Notes under the pieces: generated by a model
Database searches by the model: none
Seen by the model: the letters and a program-made list of their open reading frames with translations, nothing else
What the model was told of the DNA's origin: nothing
Program-made: the position numbers and the translations under genes
From: Erysipelotrichaceae bacterium
GTDB lineage: Bacteria; Bacillota_I; Bacilli_A; Erysipelotrichales; Erysipelotrichaceae
Assembly (NCBI GenBank): GCA_963676105.1
Contig: OY781039.1
Location: forward strand, 1,260,001 to 1,292,000
Direction of reading: 5' to 3'
DNA: 32,000 nt
Part shown: positions 18,698 to 27,136 of the stretch, piece after piece
Layout: the number at the start of each line of letters is the position of its first letter
Position numbering within the stretch: the first letter of the stretch is position 1

Positions 18698-19435
18698 TTA
18701 TTCAAACTCACGCATTTTATCTAAAAATTGTTTTAGATTAGATGATTGTGGATTTTCAAAACATTGTTTGGATGGCCCTGCCTCGACAATGTTTTTTTCA
18801 TCTATAAATAAAACTTGATCACAAACATTTTTCGCAAAACCTAAGTGATGAGTTACTAAAATAATCTGAATACCTTCTTTGATTAATTCTTTGAGCATTT
18901 CTAATACTTCGACAGAAATATCTGGATCTAAAGCACTCGTTGGTTCATCTAATAAAACCAACTTAGGTTTATGAATAATAGCTCGTATGATTTGGATACG
19001 TTGTTGTTGACCACCTGACAAAGTCATACTTGATTGATATGCTTGTTCACTTAAATTGAATTTTTCCAAATATGATAGTGCTAATCTTTTAGCTTCTACC
19101 ACTTCATAGTGATGTACTTTAATAAGCGGTAGTGTAATATTCTCTAAAGCACTAAGGTGTGGAAATAGTCCGTTGTTTTGAAACACAAAACCGATTCTTT
19201 GACGATATTGGATGAGTTCCTTCTCGCTATGTGGTACATCTAGATCATCTAAATGAATGCTACCTTCATCAACTTCAATTAAGCCTGCAACAAGTCTTAA
19301 TAGCGTACTCTTACCTGAACCGCTGGGACCTAGCAAAGCTAAACTTTTAAATTCGATTTCTTGATTTACATTTACAAGCACGTCTTGTTTGCCAAATGAT
19401 TTACTGAGATTTTTAAAATTAATTTTCATAAGCAA
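18698..19435 (-). CDS. Polar amino acid ABC transporter, ATP-binding protein
   Basis: 245 aa with GPSGSGKST, LSGGQQQR and LLDEPTSALD. The true start may be the third codon (MKINF...). Confidence 0.9.
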   Translation of the reverse strand: MLMKINFKNLSKSFGKQDVLVNVNQEIEFKSLALLGPSGSGKSTLLRLVAGLIEVDEGSIHLDDLDVPHSEKELIQYRQRIGFVFQNNGLFPHLSALENITLPLIKVHHYEVVEAKRLALSYLEKFNLSEQAYQSSMTLSGGQQQRIQIIRAIIHKPKLVLLDEPTSALDPDISVEVLEMLKELIKEGIQIILVTHHLGFAKNVCDQVLFIDEKNIVEAGPSKQCFENPQSSNLKQFLDKMREFE

Positions 19436-20171
19436 ATCTCCGTTCTAGGTATTTGGCCAATAGCGATATTGGATAGGTTAAAAGTAAATACATGGTAGCT
19501 AACAAGAGGTAACTTTGAAAATAGATACCAAAGTTATTAGCTGTAATTTCTTTTGTAACTTGCATTAATTCAATAACCGCAATCGTTGAGAGTAAACTAC
19601 TATCTTTAATAACGGATGCGAACTGTCCTGCGAGTGCTGGTAAGATTCTGACGACAAGTTGAGGCAAAATGACAAATCGAAATGTTTGATGACTATCTAA
19701 TCCGATCGATTTCGCAATCTCAGTTTGTTTAGATTCAATCGAGATTAAACCACCACGTATAATTTCTGAAATATAGGCTCCTTCAAAAATAGACAGAATG
19801 AGCACACCCGCGACAAAACGATTGTGTAATCCCCAAGCAGTCCCAATAATATAGTAGAAGAATATAATCTGAACAAGTAGTGGTGTTCCTCGAATTACTT
19901 CAACATAAGTATTAGCCAAATAATTGTAGTATAAAACTTTCGAGTTTTTAGCAAAAGCTATGATACTTCCAATCAATAAGGAAATAAAGAGTGAGGCAAA
20001 ACTAATCTCAATAGTTAAAAGAAAACCCTGCCAAAAGCGGACGCGATAGTTCCACAAATTAACAGGGTTGATATTGATTTTTGCCATTGAGGCAGAGATA
20101 AACACAAAAACGCCCAAAGTTACTAGGACGGCAATTGCGTTCAATAATTTCTTTGAGCGTAGTTGTTTCAT
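19419..20171 (-). CDS. Polar amino acid ABC transporter permease (His/Glu/Gln/Arg/opine family)
   Basis: 250 aa and polytopic, with an EAA-loop-like EIAKSIGLDSHQTFRFVILPQ and a VIRGTPLLVQ motif. Confidence 0.85.
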   Translation of the reverse strand: MKQLRSKKLLNAIAVLVTLGVFVFISASMAKININPVNLWNYRVRFWQGFLLTIEISFASLFISLLIGSIIAFAKNSKVLYYNYLANTYVEVIRGTPLLVQIIFFYYIIGTAWGLHNRFVAGVLILSIFEGAYISEIIRGGLISIESKQTEIAKSIGLDSHQTFRFVILPQLVVRILPALAGQFASVIKDSSLLSTIAVIELMQVTKEITANNFGIYFQSYLLLATMYLLLTYPISLLAKYLERRFAYEN

Positions 20172-20965
20172 TATTCGAAGAAGAAAGTAAATCCAGCCGC
20201 GTCAAACGCTGCTTTTTCTTCCTTTAGGTGAGTTTCAATAATATCTGTAAAGCCACCGTTAGCTTTGAATTCTGCTAAGAAACTATTAAATTCAGCTGTT
20301 AAATCACTTCCTTTTGTAAATGCTGCTCCCCATTGTTCTGCAGTTTGATTAGGAATCATTAACGCGGTAATTGAATCACTATTAGCAGCTACATTACGAT
20401 AGATTGTAAGTTGATCATAAATAAATGCATCTGCATTCCCATTAACAACTTCCGCAACTGCAGCACTTTCATCATCCAAGCGTAAAATTGTTGCGAGTGG
20501 GTAATTATTAGTCACATAGGTATCCCCTGTGCTTCCTGTTTTAACGACAATGGTTTTGTCCTGTGCATTTAAATCAGCAGCAGCATTTACATTTGAATCG
20601 ATGTTCACTAAGAATGCAAGATAAGCTTGTGCATAACCATCTGAGAAATCAACACTTTCTTTTCGTGATTCTGTAATGGTCATAGATGAGATAACCATAT
20701 CAACATCTCCAGTTTGTAAAGCAGGGATTAATCCAGTCCAGTTGATGTTTTGAATTTCAATATCATAGCCTAAATAATCCGCAAAAGCCGTTGCGATATC
20801 AATTGAAACTCCTACAGGATTTCCAGTTTCATCTTTTGTTTCAAATGGTGGATATGCGAGTTCCATCCCTACCTTTAAGACTTGTTTTTCTTCTTCAACT
20901 TCTGTTGTTGAACAAGCTGATATGAATAATAAAACAAATACGATACTAAATAATATTTTTTTCAT
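20171..20965 (-). CDS. Amino acid ABC transporter substrate-binding lipoprotein (family 3 SBP)
   Basis: 264 aa. Signal peptide with lipobox LLFISAC. LKVGMELAYPPFE and SSMTITESR motifs of family 3 SBPs. GGAGGA RBS. TAATG junction with the permease gene. Confidence 0.85.
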   Translation of the reverse strand: MKKILFSIVFVLLFISACSTTEVEEEKQVLKVGMELAYPPFETKDETGNPVGVSIDIATAFADYLGYDIEIQNINWTGLIPALQTGDVDMVISSMTITESRKESVDFSDGYAQAYLAFLVNIDSNVNAAADLNAQDKTIVVKTGSTGDTYVTNNYPLATILRLDDESAAVAEVVNGNADAFIYDQLTIYRNVAANSDSITALMIPNQTAEQWGAAFTKGSDLTAEFNSFLAEFKANGGFTDIIETHLKEEKAAFDAAGFTFFFE

Positions 20966-21070
20966 ATATCCTCCATGAATTTAGTTAATCTTAATTGTGC
21001 TTAATATCTTGGCACTTTTTAATAACTAATATTATTACACCACAATCTTTTTTGTGGCACAATAAATGTG

Positions 21071-22378
21071 ATGTTAGATGAAAAAGATAAACTTTTAAAA
21101 GAAATTGATAAACTCAATAAACAAGTTTACAAACTTGAACAAGAAACGTATTATGAGAACCTTAAATTTTCTTTTAGCAATGAAGAAGTTGAAACATTCA
21201 GAAAAGAAGATCAAGTCTTTTTAGAAAATGCACAAATCTTTAAAACATCTTTTAATCTTCAACAAGCCAATTTCTTTGGATATCCTGGTAACTTAAACAA
21301 TGATTCACCAGTCGTACAACAGTTGCGATTACTAGAATCAAAACTCTTTTATGTTAATAACGCAGGTGATCCCTTTGAAAGAGGTCATAACTCTTTTGAT
21401 GGAAAAGTTTATGAACAAGCATTATTAAATCTCTTCTTCAAAAGATATGCTTTGGATCCACAGACAAGTTGGGGCTATATCACTAGTGGTGGTAGTGAAA
21501 GTAACCATTGGGCTATCAAAAATGCGTTTTCAAAATTCAAAAAAGCTCGTTTTTATTTTTCTAAAGCAGCTCACTATTCTATTGAAAAATCATTGTCAGT
21601 GAAAGATAAACAAATCTATCCCTATACGATTATCGATACGATATCTTATAAACACGAAGCAATCGATGTAAATAAACTAATGGATACGGCAATCTATAAC
21701 TATCAGAAATATGAAGAAGTGCCCATACTTCTGTTAACATGGGGCACCACCCAATGTGGATCGATTGATGATATTCAAGAGATAACACACGCATTAATAG
21801 ATTTAAAAATCCCCTATTATTGTCATGTAGATGCGGCTTTCTTTGGCGGTATTCCTGCTAATCAAATTGATGCGCCAGTGTGTCCAACTTTAAAAGAATT
21901 GAATGCTGATTCAATTTCCATTAGTTTCCATAAATTTTTTGGTGTTCCCCAAATCAACAGTGTTGTTTTATCTACGACTAAAACTGATGGTAAAACTATC
22001 TCTTATCTTGCTCATCGTGATACAACTATTTCTGGTTCACGATCATTCGCAATCTTTTCAGCAAGCCAACGTATTAAAGAAGTCTTAGAAAGATCACCTA
22101 AAGATTACTTTAAGCGTAATGTAGAGTTTGTAGAACAAGCTATAATTTCAAAAAATATTCCCTATTCAAGAGATGGATATTCTAATATCTTTGTGATACC
22201 TAAACCCAGTGAGTCAGTACTACAAAAATATCACTTAGCTAGTTTTGATGGTAAAGAAAACAAAGACTCATGTGCTCACTTTGTGATAAATCCCTTTCAT
22301 ACAGAAGATGAATTAAACAAATTTATACTCGACTTAGAAGATGATTTTAAAAAACACCCTCAAACATTAGATCTATAA
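21071..22378 (+). CDS. Group II PLP-dependent decarboxylase, histidine-decarboxylase-like, with an N-terminal extension of about 45 aa
   Basis: By-eye alignment to Gram-negative PLP-dependent HdcA: FFGYPGN, NNAGDP, SWGYITSGGSESN, YFSKAAHYS, WGTTQCGSIDDIQEI, YYCHVDAA, SISFHKFFG (PLP lysine), RDTTISGSR. The start is either the ATG at 21071 or the GTG at 21068. There is no obvious SD. Confidence 0.8.
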   Translation: MLDEKDKLLKEIDKLNKQVYKLEQETYYENLKFSFSNEEVETFRKEDQVFLENAQIFKTSFNLQQANFFGYPGNLNNDSPVVQQLRLLESKLFYVNNAGDPFERGHNSFDGKVYEQALLNLFFKRYALDPQTSWGYITSGGSESNHWAIKNAFSKFKKARFYFSKAAHYSIEKSLSVKDKQIYPYTIIDTISYKHEAIDVNKLMDTAIYNYQKYEEVPILLLTWGTTQCGSIDDIQEITHALIDLKIPYYCHVDAAFFGGIPANQIDAPVCPTLKELNADSISISFHKFFGVPQINSVVLSTTKTDGKTISYLAHRDTTISGSRSFAIFSASQRIKEVLERSPKDYFKRNVEFVEQAIISKNIPYSRDGYSNIFVIPKPSESVLQKYHLASFDGKENKDSCAHFVINPFHTEDELNKFILDLEDDFKKHPQTLDL

Positions 22379-22404
22379 AAAAGCTCAGAAATTTCTGAGC
22401 TTTT
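22377..22404. terminator. Bidirectional terminator between the convergent decarboxylase and membrane-protein genes
   Basis: AGCTCAGA-AATT-TCTGAGCT 8-bp stem flanked by an A-run (left) and TTTT (right). Confidence 0.7.
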
Positions 22405-22415
22405 AAATCCCTAAT

Positions 22416-24179
22416 CTATTTATTTATTCCAACTAAAACATAGATATCATAGTCGGCATTGTCATTATAGACATAAATATTTTGAAAGATAATCTTTAAC
22501 GCGTAGTTTTCATTTTCTTCGACTACCGTCATTTGTTCTTCGGACATGAGATTTCGATCATAACCATCTAAGTCCTTGATCGTTTCGACATATGTATAGA
22601 GTGAGTTTGATTCAATAAGAATGTTTTCATTTTCATCTAAGACTTTAATACTTACATTCAAGTTATCAATCGCATCAATCTCAATGAAGTAATTTTGATT
22701 ATTCATCACAAAGTCATACTGTGGATAGTTATAAGATGCATCTCTATAAATATTTAGATGTGCTAACACATTATAATCTTCAACTGAAATCAAGGCATCA
22801 TAATTGATACTTGCATAGAATTCATTTTCAGGAAGTACTTCATAGGTATAAGCTCTTTCAAATCCAAAAGTGTCTTCAAAGTCTTTCCATAGATCAAAGT
22901 CTGACTCTAACCAATCTAAATCTTGTAGGTAATTACGACGCTCCATGTATTGAATAATACTAGTCGTTTCTTTACGTACTTCTAAAGATGCATTTTCATC
23001 CGGGATAAGCACGCCATCCACTAACATATTCGCATCACTTAATATGGTTTCTAAACGCGTTCTTTGAGACCATCGTGAAATTGTAAAAGCATCCACTGGT
23101 GGAATAATCGAAACCAATGCGACGATCATGGCGATGAGCGCAATCTTTTGATTATTAACCACCGGTTTTAAACTTAAATAAATCGCCATGCTTAGCGAAT
23201 ACAAACCAAAGAGAGTTAGATAATAACGTGACTCAGTTATTCCATACGCATTCAAACGAATGTAGATAGATATTAATTGAGTGATGACGATTGGAATCCA
23301 AATATATGGGAAGAATCGTTGATAAGCCTTCGCGAAAGCATTATCTAAATTACTTGCGAGTACGTAGACGATTATCCCCGCAATTGAATAAGCTAGAACC
23401 ATTGGTCCTAATTGACCAATTGGCCAAACAAAAGTCACAATAATTTTTCCAATATAAGATAGTAATACTAAGCTATAGACACCCACTAAAGGAACCGCAA
23501 TATAAGAGATGAGAATTAATAAGATCTTTGGGAATGTGGTTTGTTCAAGTCGATGTTCAATATCTTTTTCTTCTGAAGAATTAAAATCAGGGAGTAAAGA
23601 TAAGAAATACATCACCATAAAGAAGACCCAAATAAGTGCTGCCGTATAGGCATAGAGTTTCTCATCAATATTAAAGAGGAGTAAATCAATACTTGCGATT
23701 GTCGCAAATAAACCTAAGAATAAAACCAATGCATAAAGCGCTGACGTAAACATCGCTTTAAACGCAGTTAAAGCCACTAAATTAAATTCAAATTCACCTT
23801 TAAATGAAGGCACATATAAGGCCGCACAAATAAGTGCGAACACAGTCACAACCGTACGCGTTCCCACTAAGTAATCAATTTCAGGTGATGGCCAAATTAT
23901 TAAACTATATAAAACAATTAAACCTAAAGTAGCTGAGTATGATAATAGTTTGAATTTAGTTGAGCGATCAAAGCGTTCAATCACAAATTCTACAGTTATA
24001 CCAGAAACAACCGCAACCGCTAAGATAAAAACAAGCTTCAACAATGTTGTGTCTGGATCAACATCTTGAGCAATTAAATACCATATTAAAATTGTTTCAG
24101 AAGCAAGCGATACTACCGCAATAGGGAAACGCTTAAAGGCTTCAATTAGTCCATTAAAGGATTTTAAAAGGAATTTCAT
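22416..24179 (-). CDS. Large polytopic membrane protein (about 12 TM) with an acidic, Asn/Tyr-rich C-terminal domain of about 215 aa; reminiscent of DUF4153
   Basis: 587-aa ORF with a GGGAGG RBS. There are about 12 hydrophobic segments up to about residue 365, then a soluble domain (…DENASLEVRKETT…YDIYVLVGINK). The family assignment is from memory only. Confidence 0.55.
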   Translation of the reverse strand: MKFLLKSFNGLIEAFKRFPIAVVSLASETILIWYLIAQDVDPDTTLLKLVFILAVAVVSGITVEFVIERFDRSTKFKLLSYSATLGLIVLYSLIIWPSPEIDYLVGTRTVVTVFALICAALYVPSFKGEFEFNLVALTAFKAMFTSALYALVLFLGLFATIASIDLLLFNIDEKLYAYTAALIWVFFMVMYFLSLLPDFNSSEEKDIEHRLEQTTFPKILLILISYIAVPLVGVYSLVLLSYIGKIIVTFVWPIGQLGPMVLAYSIAGIIVYVLASNLDNAFAKAYQRFFPYIWIPIVITQLISIYIRLNAYGITESRYYLTLFGLYSLSMAIYLSLKPVVNNQKIALIAMIVALVSIIPPVDAFTISRWSQRTRLETILSDANMLVDGVLIPDENASLEVRKETTSIIQYMERRNYLQDLDWLESDFDLWKDFEDTFGFERAYTYEVLPENEFYASINYDALISVEDYNVLAHLNIYRDASYNYPQYDFVMNNQNYFIEIDAIDNLNVSIKVLDENENILIESNSLYTYVETIKDLDGYDRNLMSEEQMTVVEENENYALKIIFQNIYVYNDNADYDIYVLVGINK

Positions 24180-24202
24180 AAAACATACCTCCCTTTAAAC
24201 CC

Positions 24203-24230
24203 ATTATATACCTTTATTATTGTTTATCAA
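24203..24230 (-). promoter_or_regulatory. Sigma-A-type promoter for the 587-aa membrane protein gene
   Basis: On the minus strand: TTGATA (24230..24225), a 16-nt spacer, then TATAAT (24208..24203), about 24 nt upstream of the ATG. Confidence 0.5.
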
Positions 24231-24234
24231 TAAC

Positions 24235-24257
24235 TATTTATCGTTTTTCGATAAATA
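24235..24257 (-). terminator. Perfect 9-bp inverted repeat immediately after the radical SAM stop codon (possible terminator, no U-tract)
   Basis: TATTTATCG-AAAAA-CGATAAATA on the minus strand directly follows the TAA. It sits just upstream of the next gene's -35. There is no canonical U-run. Confidence 0.3.
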
Positions 24258-25118
24258 TTAGAATAATTTCATCTGTTTTTTATCTTCGAATGTATTTAAA
24301 TAAGTAAATATCTCATCCGGATTATTCATGATGCCATAGCTTTGAGTGATATCATGGAAAAACTTCATTAATTCTTTTTCATTTGGGCTAATACAATTAT
24401 ATGAATACCCATATGTTCTTATGTATTTATCTTTTAAACCTGGAAAAGATTTATCTAAGTTTTCATAGAAAAACGCTCGATCACCTTCGCGTAAAGTGAC
24501 ACCCATCCCAAAACAAATGATGCCTTTGACTTGCGCTTCAATACAGTACTTGAGTATTCCTTTTAAATTATCTAAATTGTCATTTATAAACGGTAAGATT
24601 GGTGTTAGCCACACCACTGTTGGAATATTATTATCTCTAAGGATTTTTAAGGTTTCAAAACGCTCTTTAGTCGAAGAAACATTGGGTTCTATTATTTTAC
24701 AAAGTTTCTCATCATATGTCGTAAGTGTCATTTGGACAACCGCTTTTGTTTTTTGATTGATCTTTTTATACAAATCTAAATCATCTAAAACGGTTGCTGA
24801 TTTAGTAATCACAGTCGCCCCAAAACCATACTTATCAATCAGTTCTAATGATTGTCGTGTGAGATGAAATTGTTTATCTAAAGGCATATATGGATCAGTC
24901 ATTGAACCTGTCCCAATCATCACTTTTTTTCGTTTACGTTTTAAAGTCGCTTCTAAAAGTTTTATCGCATTGATTTTCACTTCAATATCTTCAAAATCAT
25001 GATCCATCTGATAACAGGTACTACGTGAATCACAATAGATACAACCATGGGTACAACCACGATATAGATTCATGCCATTTTTTGCGGACAATATACCTTT
25101 GACTTGTTTTGTATGCAT
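24258..25118 (-). CDS. SPL-family radical SAM protein (COG1533 'DNA repair photolyase'-like)
   Basis: 286 aa. NLYRGCTHGCIYCDSRS carries the CxxxCxxC cluster motif in the context typical of the spore-photoproduct-lyase-like family. Confidence 0.8.
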   Translation of the reverse strand: MHTKQVKGILSAKNGMNLYRGCTHGCIYCDSRSTCYQMDHDFEDIEVKINAIKLLEATLKRKRKKVMIGTGSMTDPYMPLDKQFHLTRQSLELIDKYGFGATVITKSATVLDDLDLYKKINQKTKAVVQMTLTTYDEKLCKIIEPNVSSTKERFETLKILRDNNIPTVVWLTPILPFINDNLDNLKGILKYCIEAQVKGIICFGMGVTLREGDRAFFYENLDKSFPGLKDKYIRTYGYSYNCISPNEKELMKFFHDITQSYGIMNNPDEIFTYLNTFEDKKQMKLF

Positions 25119-25132
25119 AAGTCTATTGTATC

Positions 25133-25155
25133 TAAAAAAGAGGCTTTTGCCTCTT
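25133..25155 (-). terminator. Rho-independent terminator after uvrB
   Basis: On the minus strand: AAGAGGC-AAAA-GCCTCTT followed by TTTT. Confidence 0.7.
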
Positions 25156-25165
25156 AATTAAATAA

Positions 25166-27136
25166 CTAACTAGCTTTTAGTTCTAAAATAACATCTCTAA
25201 GTTCTGCAGCTCTTTCAAAGTCTAGAACACGTGCAGCTTCTTTCATTTCTTTTTCTAAAGAAACAATGAGATTTTCTCTTTCTTTCTTATCCACTTTTTG
25301 ATGTTTAGAAAGATATTTCTTAGCCATTGCTTGAGTTTCTTTTCCACGAATGACATCATGAATTTCTTTGCGTATGGTTTGTGGGGTAATATTGTGTTCA
25401 ATATTATAGGCTTCTTGAATTTCTCGACGACGATTGGTTTCACTAATCGCTTTATCCATTGAATTAGTCATTTTATCAGCATAGAGTATAACGGTTCCAC
25501 TCGCATTACGGGCAGCCCGACCAATCGTTTGAATAAGTGATCTTTCAGACCTTAAGAAACCTTCTTTATCTGCATCTAAGATACATACAAGGGATACCTC
25601 AGGTAAGTCTAAACCTTCTCTAAGTAAGTTAATCCCAACTAAAACATCATACTTACCTTTACGTAAGTCATGAAGAATTTCAATTCTCTCTAAAGTATGG
25701 GTTTCATGATGTAACCATGCGACTTTAATATCTAATCGTTTAAGATAAGCAGTTAATTCTTCAGCCATTTTAACTGTTAAAGTTGTGATTAAAACGCGTT
25801 CATCTTTTTCTTTACGGATATTGATTTCATTGATAATGTCATCTATTTGTCCATGAGATGGACGAACAGATAATTGTGGATCAATGAGACCAGTAGGGCG
25901 AATAATTTGTTGAACCACTTCATGATTAACTTTATCTAATTCATAATCACCTGGGGTTGCCGAGACGTAAATGACTTGATTCACCACAGTTTCAAATTCT
26001 TCGAAACGCATAGGTCTATTCTCTAATGCTGATGGAAGTCTAAACCCATATTCAACAAGAGTTGTTTTACGAGCACGATCACCATTATACATGCCCCGTA
26101 CTTGTGGAACAGATACATGAGATTCATCAATAATAAATAAGAAATCATCAGGGAAATAATCAAAAAGATTATAAGGTCTTTGACCTTCTTTTCTTCCATC
26201 AATATGCATCGAGTAGTTTTCAATCCCTGAGCACATACCAAACTCTCTTAAAGCTTCTAAATCATAGCGTGTACGTTGTTCAAGTCTTTGTGCTTCTAAA
26301 AGTTTATTTTCTTCATTTAAGACCTTTAAACGATCTTCTAGTTCATGTTCAATCTTATTACAGGCAATAGCCATTTGTTCTTTTGAACGTGAGTATTCAT
26401 TAGCTGGAAAAATATTGTAGACAGAATAAGCATGAAGGATTTTACCGCTAACACGATCCACTTCAGTAATCCGTTCAATTTCATCATCATACATTTCAAT
26501 TCGTAAATTAAATTGATCGGTATAACCTAGTGATATTTCAATGACATCTCCGGTGACTCTAAAAGTACCCCGTTTCATTTCAATATCATTACGTCCATAT
26601 TGACGTTCAACTAGTTTTATTAGAAGTTCTTTGCGATCTATTACTTCACCTTGTCTAATGGTAAAGAAAAGTTCTCGATATAATTCAGGATCTGATGATG
26701 CATAGATACAGGCAACTGATGCGACAATAATCGTATCACGTCTTTCTAAGACCGCATTTAAAGAAGCCATTCTTAACATATCGAGTTCTTCATTTATCAT
26801 TGAAGTCTTTTCGATATAGGTATCACTCTTAGGCAAATAAGCTTCTGGTTGATAATAATCAAAGTTAGAGACAAAATACTCTACTCTATTATTTGGAAAG
26901 AGTTCTTTGAATTCGCTATAAAGTTGCCCTGCCAAAGTTTTATTATGAACAAAAACTAAAGTAGGTCGATTCATTTGCGCAATGACATGAGATACGGTAA
27001 AAGTTTTACCAGTTCCAGTCGCACCTAAAAGGACTTGGTGTTTCTTCTTTTGTTTAAGCCCTTCAACCAATTCTTCGATGGCGCTTGGTTGATCCCCCAT
27101 GGGTGTATATGGCGAGACCAATTCAAACTTATTCAT
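25166..27136 (-). CDS. uvrB: Excinuclease ABC subunit B
   Basis: 656 aa with Walker [11 protein letters not shown], a DESH box (IIDESHV), helicase motifs and a C-terminal UVR domain ([17 protein letters not shown]). Confidence 0.97.
   Translation of the reverse strand: MNKFELVSPYTPMGDQPSAIEELVEGLKQKKKHQVLLGATGTGKTFTVSHVIAQMNRPTLVFVHNKTLAGQLYSEFKELFPNNRVEYFVSNFDYYQPEAYLPKSDTYIEKTSMINEELDMLRMASLNAVLERRDTIIVASVACIYASSDPELYRELFFTIRQGEVIDRKELLIKLVERQYGRNDIEMKRGTFRVTGDVIEISLGYTDQFNLRIEMYDDEIERITEVDRVSGKILHAYSVYNIFPANEYSRSKEQMAIACNKIEHELEDRLKVLNEENKLLEAQRLEQRTRYDLEALREFGMCSGIENYSMHIDGRKEGQRPYNLFDYFPDDFLFIIDESHVSVPQVRGMYNGDRARKTTLVEYGFRLPSALENRPMRFEEFETVVNQVIYVSATPGDYELDKVNHEVVQQIIRPTGLIDPQLSVRPSHGQIDDIINEINIRKEKDERVLITTLTVKMAEELTAYLKRLDIKVAWLHHETHTLERIEILHDLRKGKYDVLVGINLLREGLDLPEVSLVCILDADKEGFLRSERSLIQTIGRAARNASGTVILYADKMTNSMDKAISETNRRREIQEAYNIEHNITPQTIRKEIHDVIRGKETQAMAKKYLSKHQKVDKKERENLIVSLEKEMKEAARVLDFERAAELRDVILELKAS

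Noticed and set aside
21010-21060. Two TGGCAC hexamers (21010-21015, 21055-21060) resembling the sigma-54 -24 element
   Set aside because: Neither is followed by TTGC at the -12 position (N5 spacing gives AATAA and ATGTG). No EBP-type activator gene is nearby. The TTGTG/CACAA palindromes explain them better.
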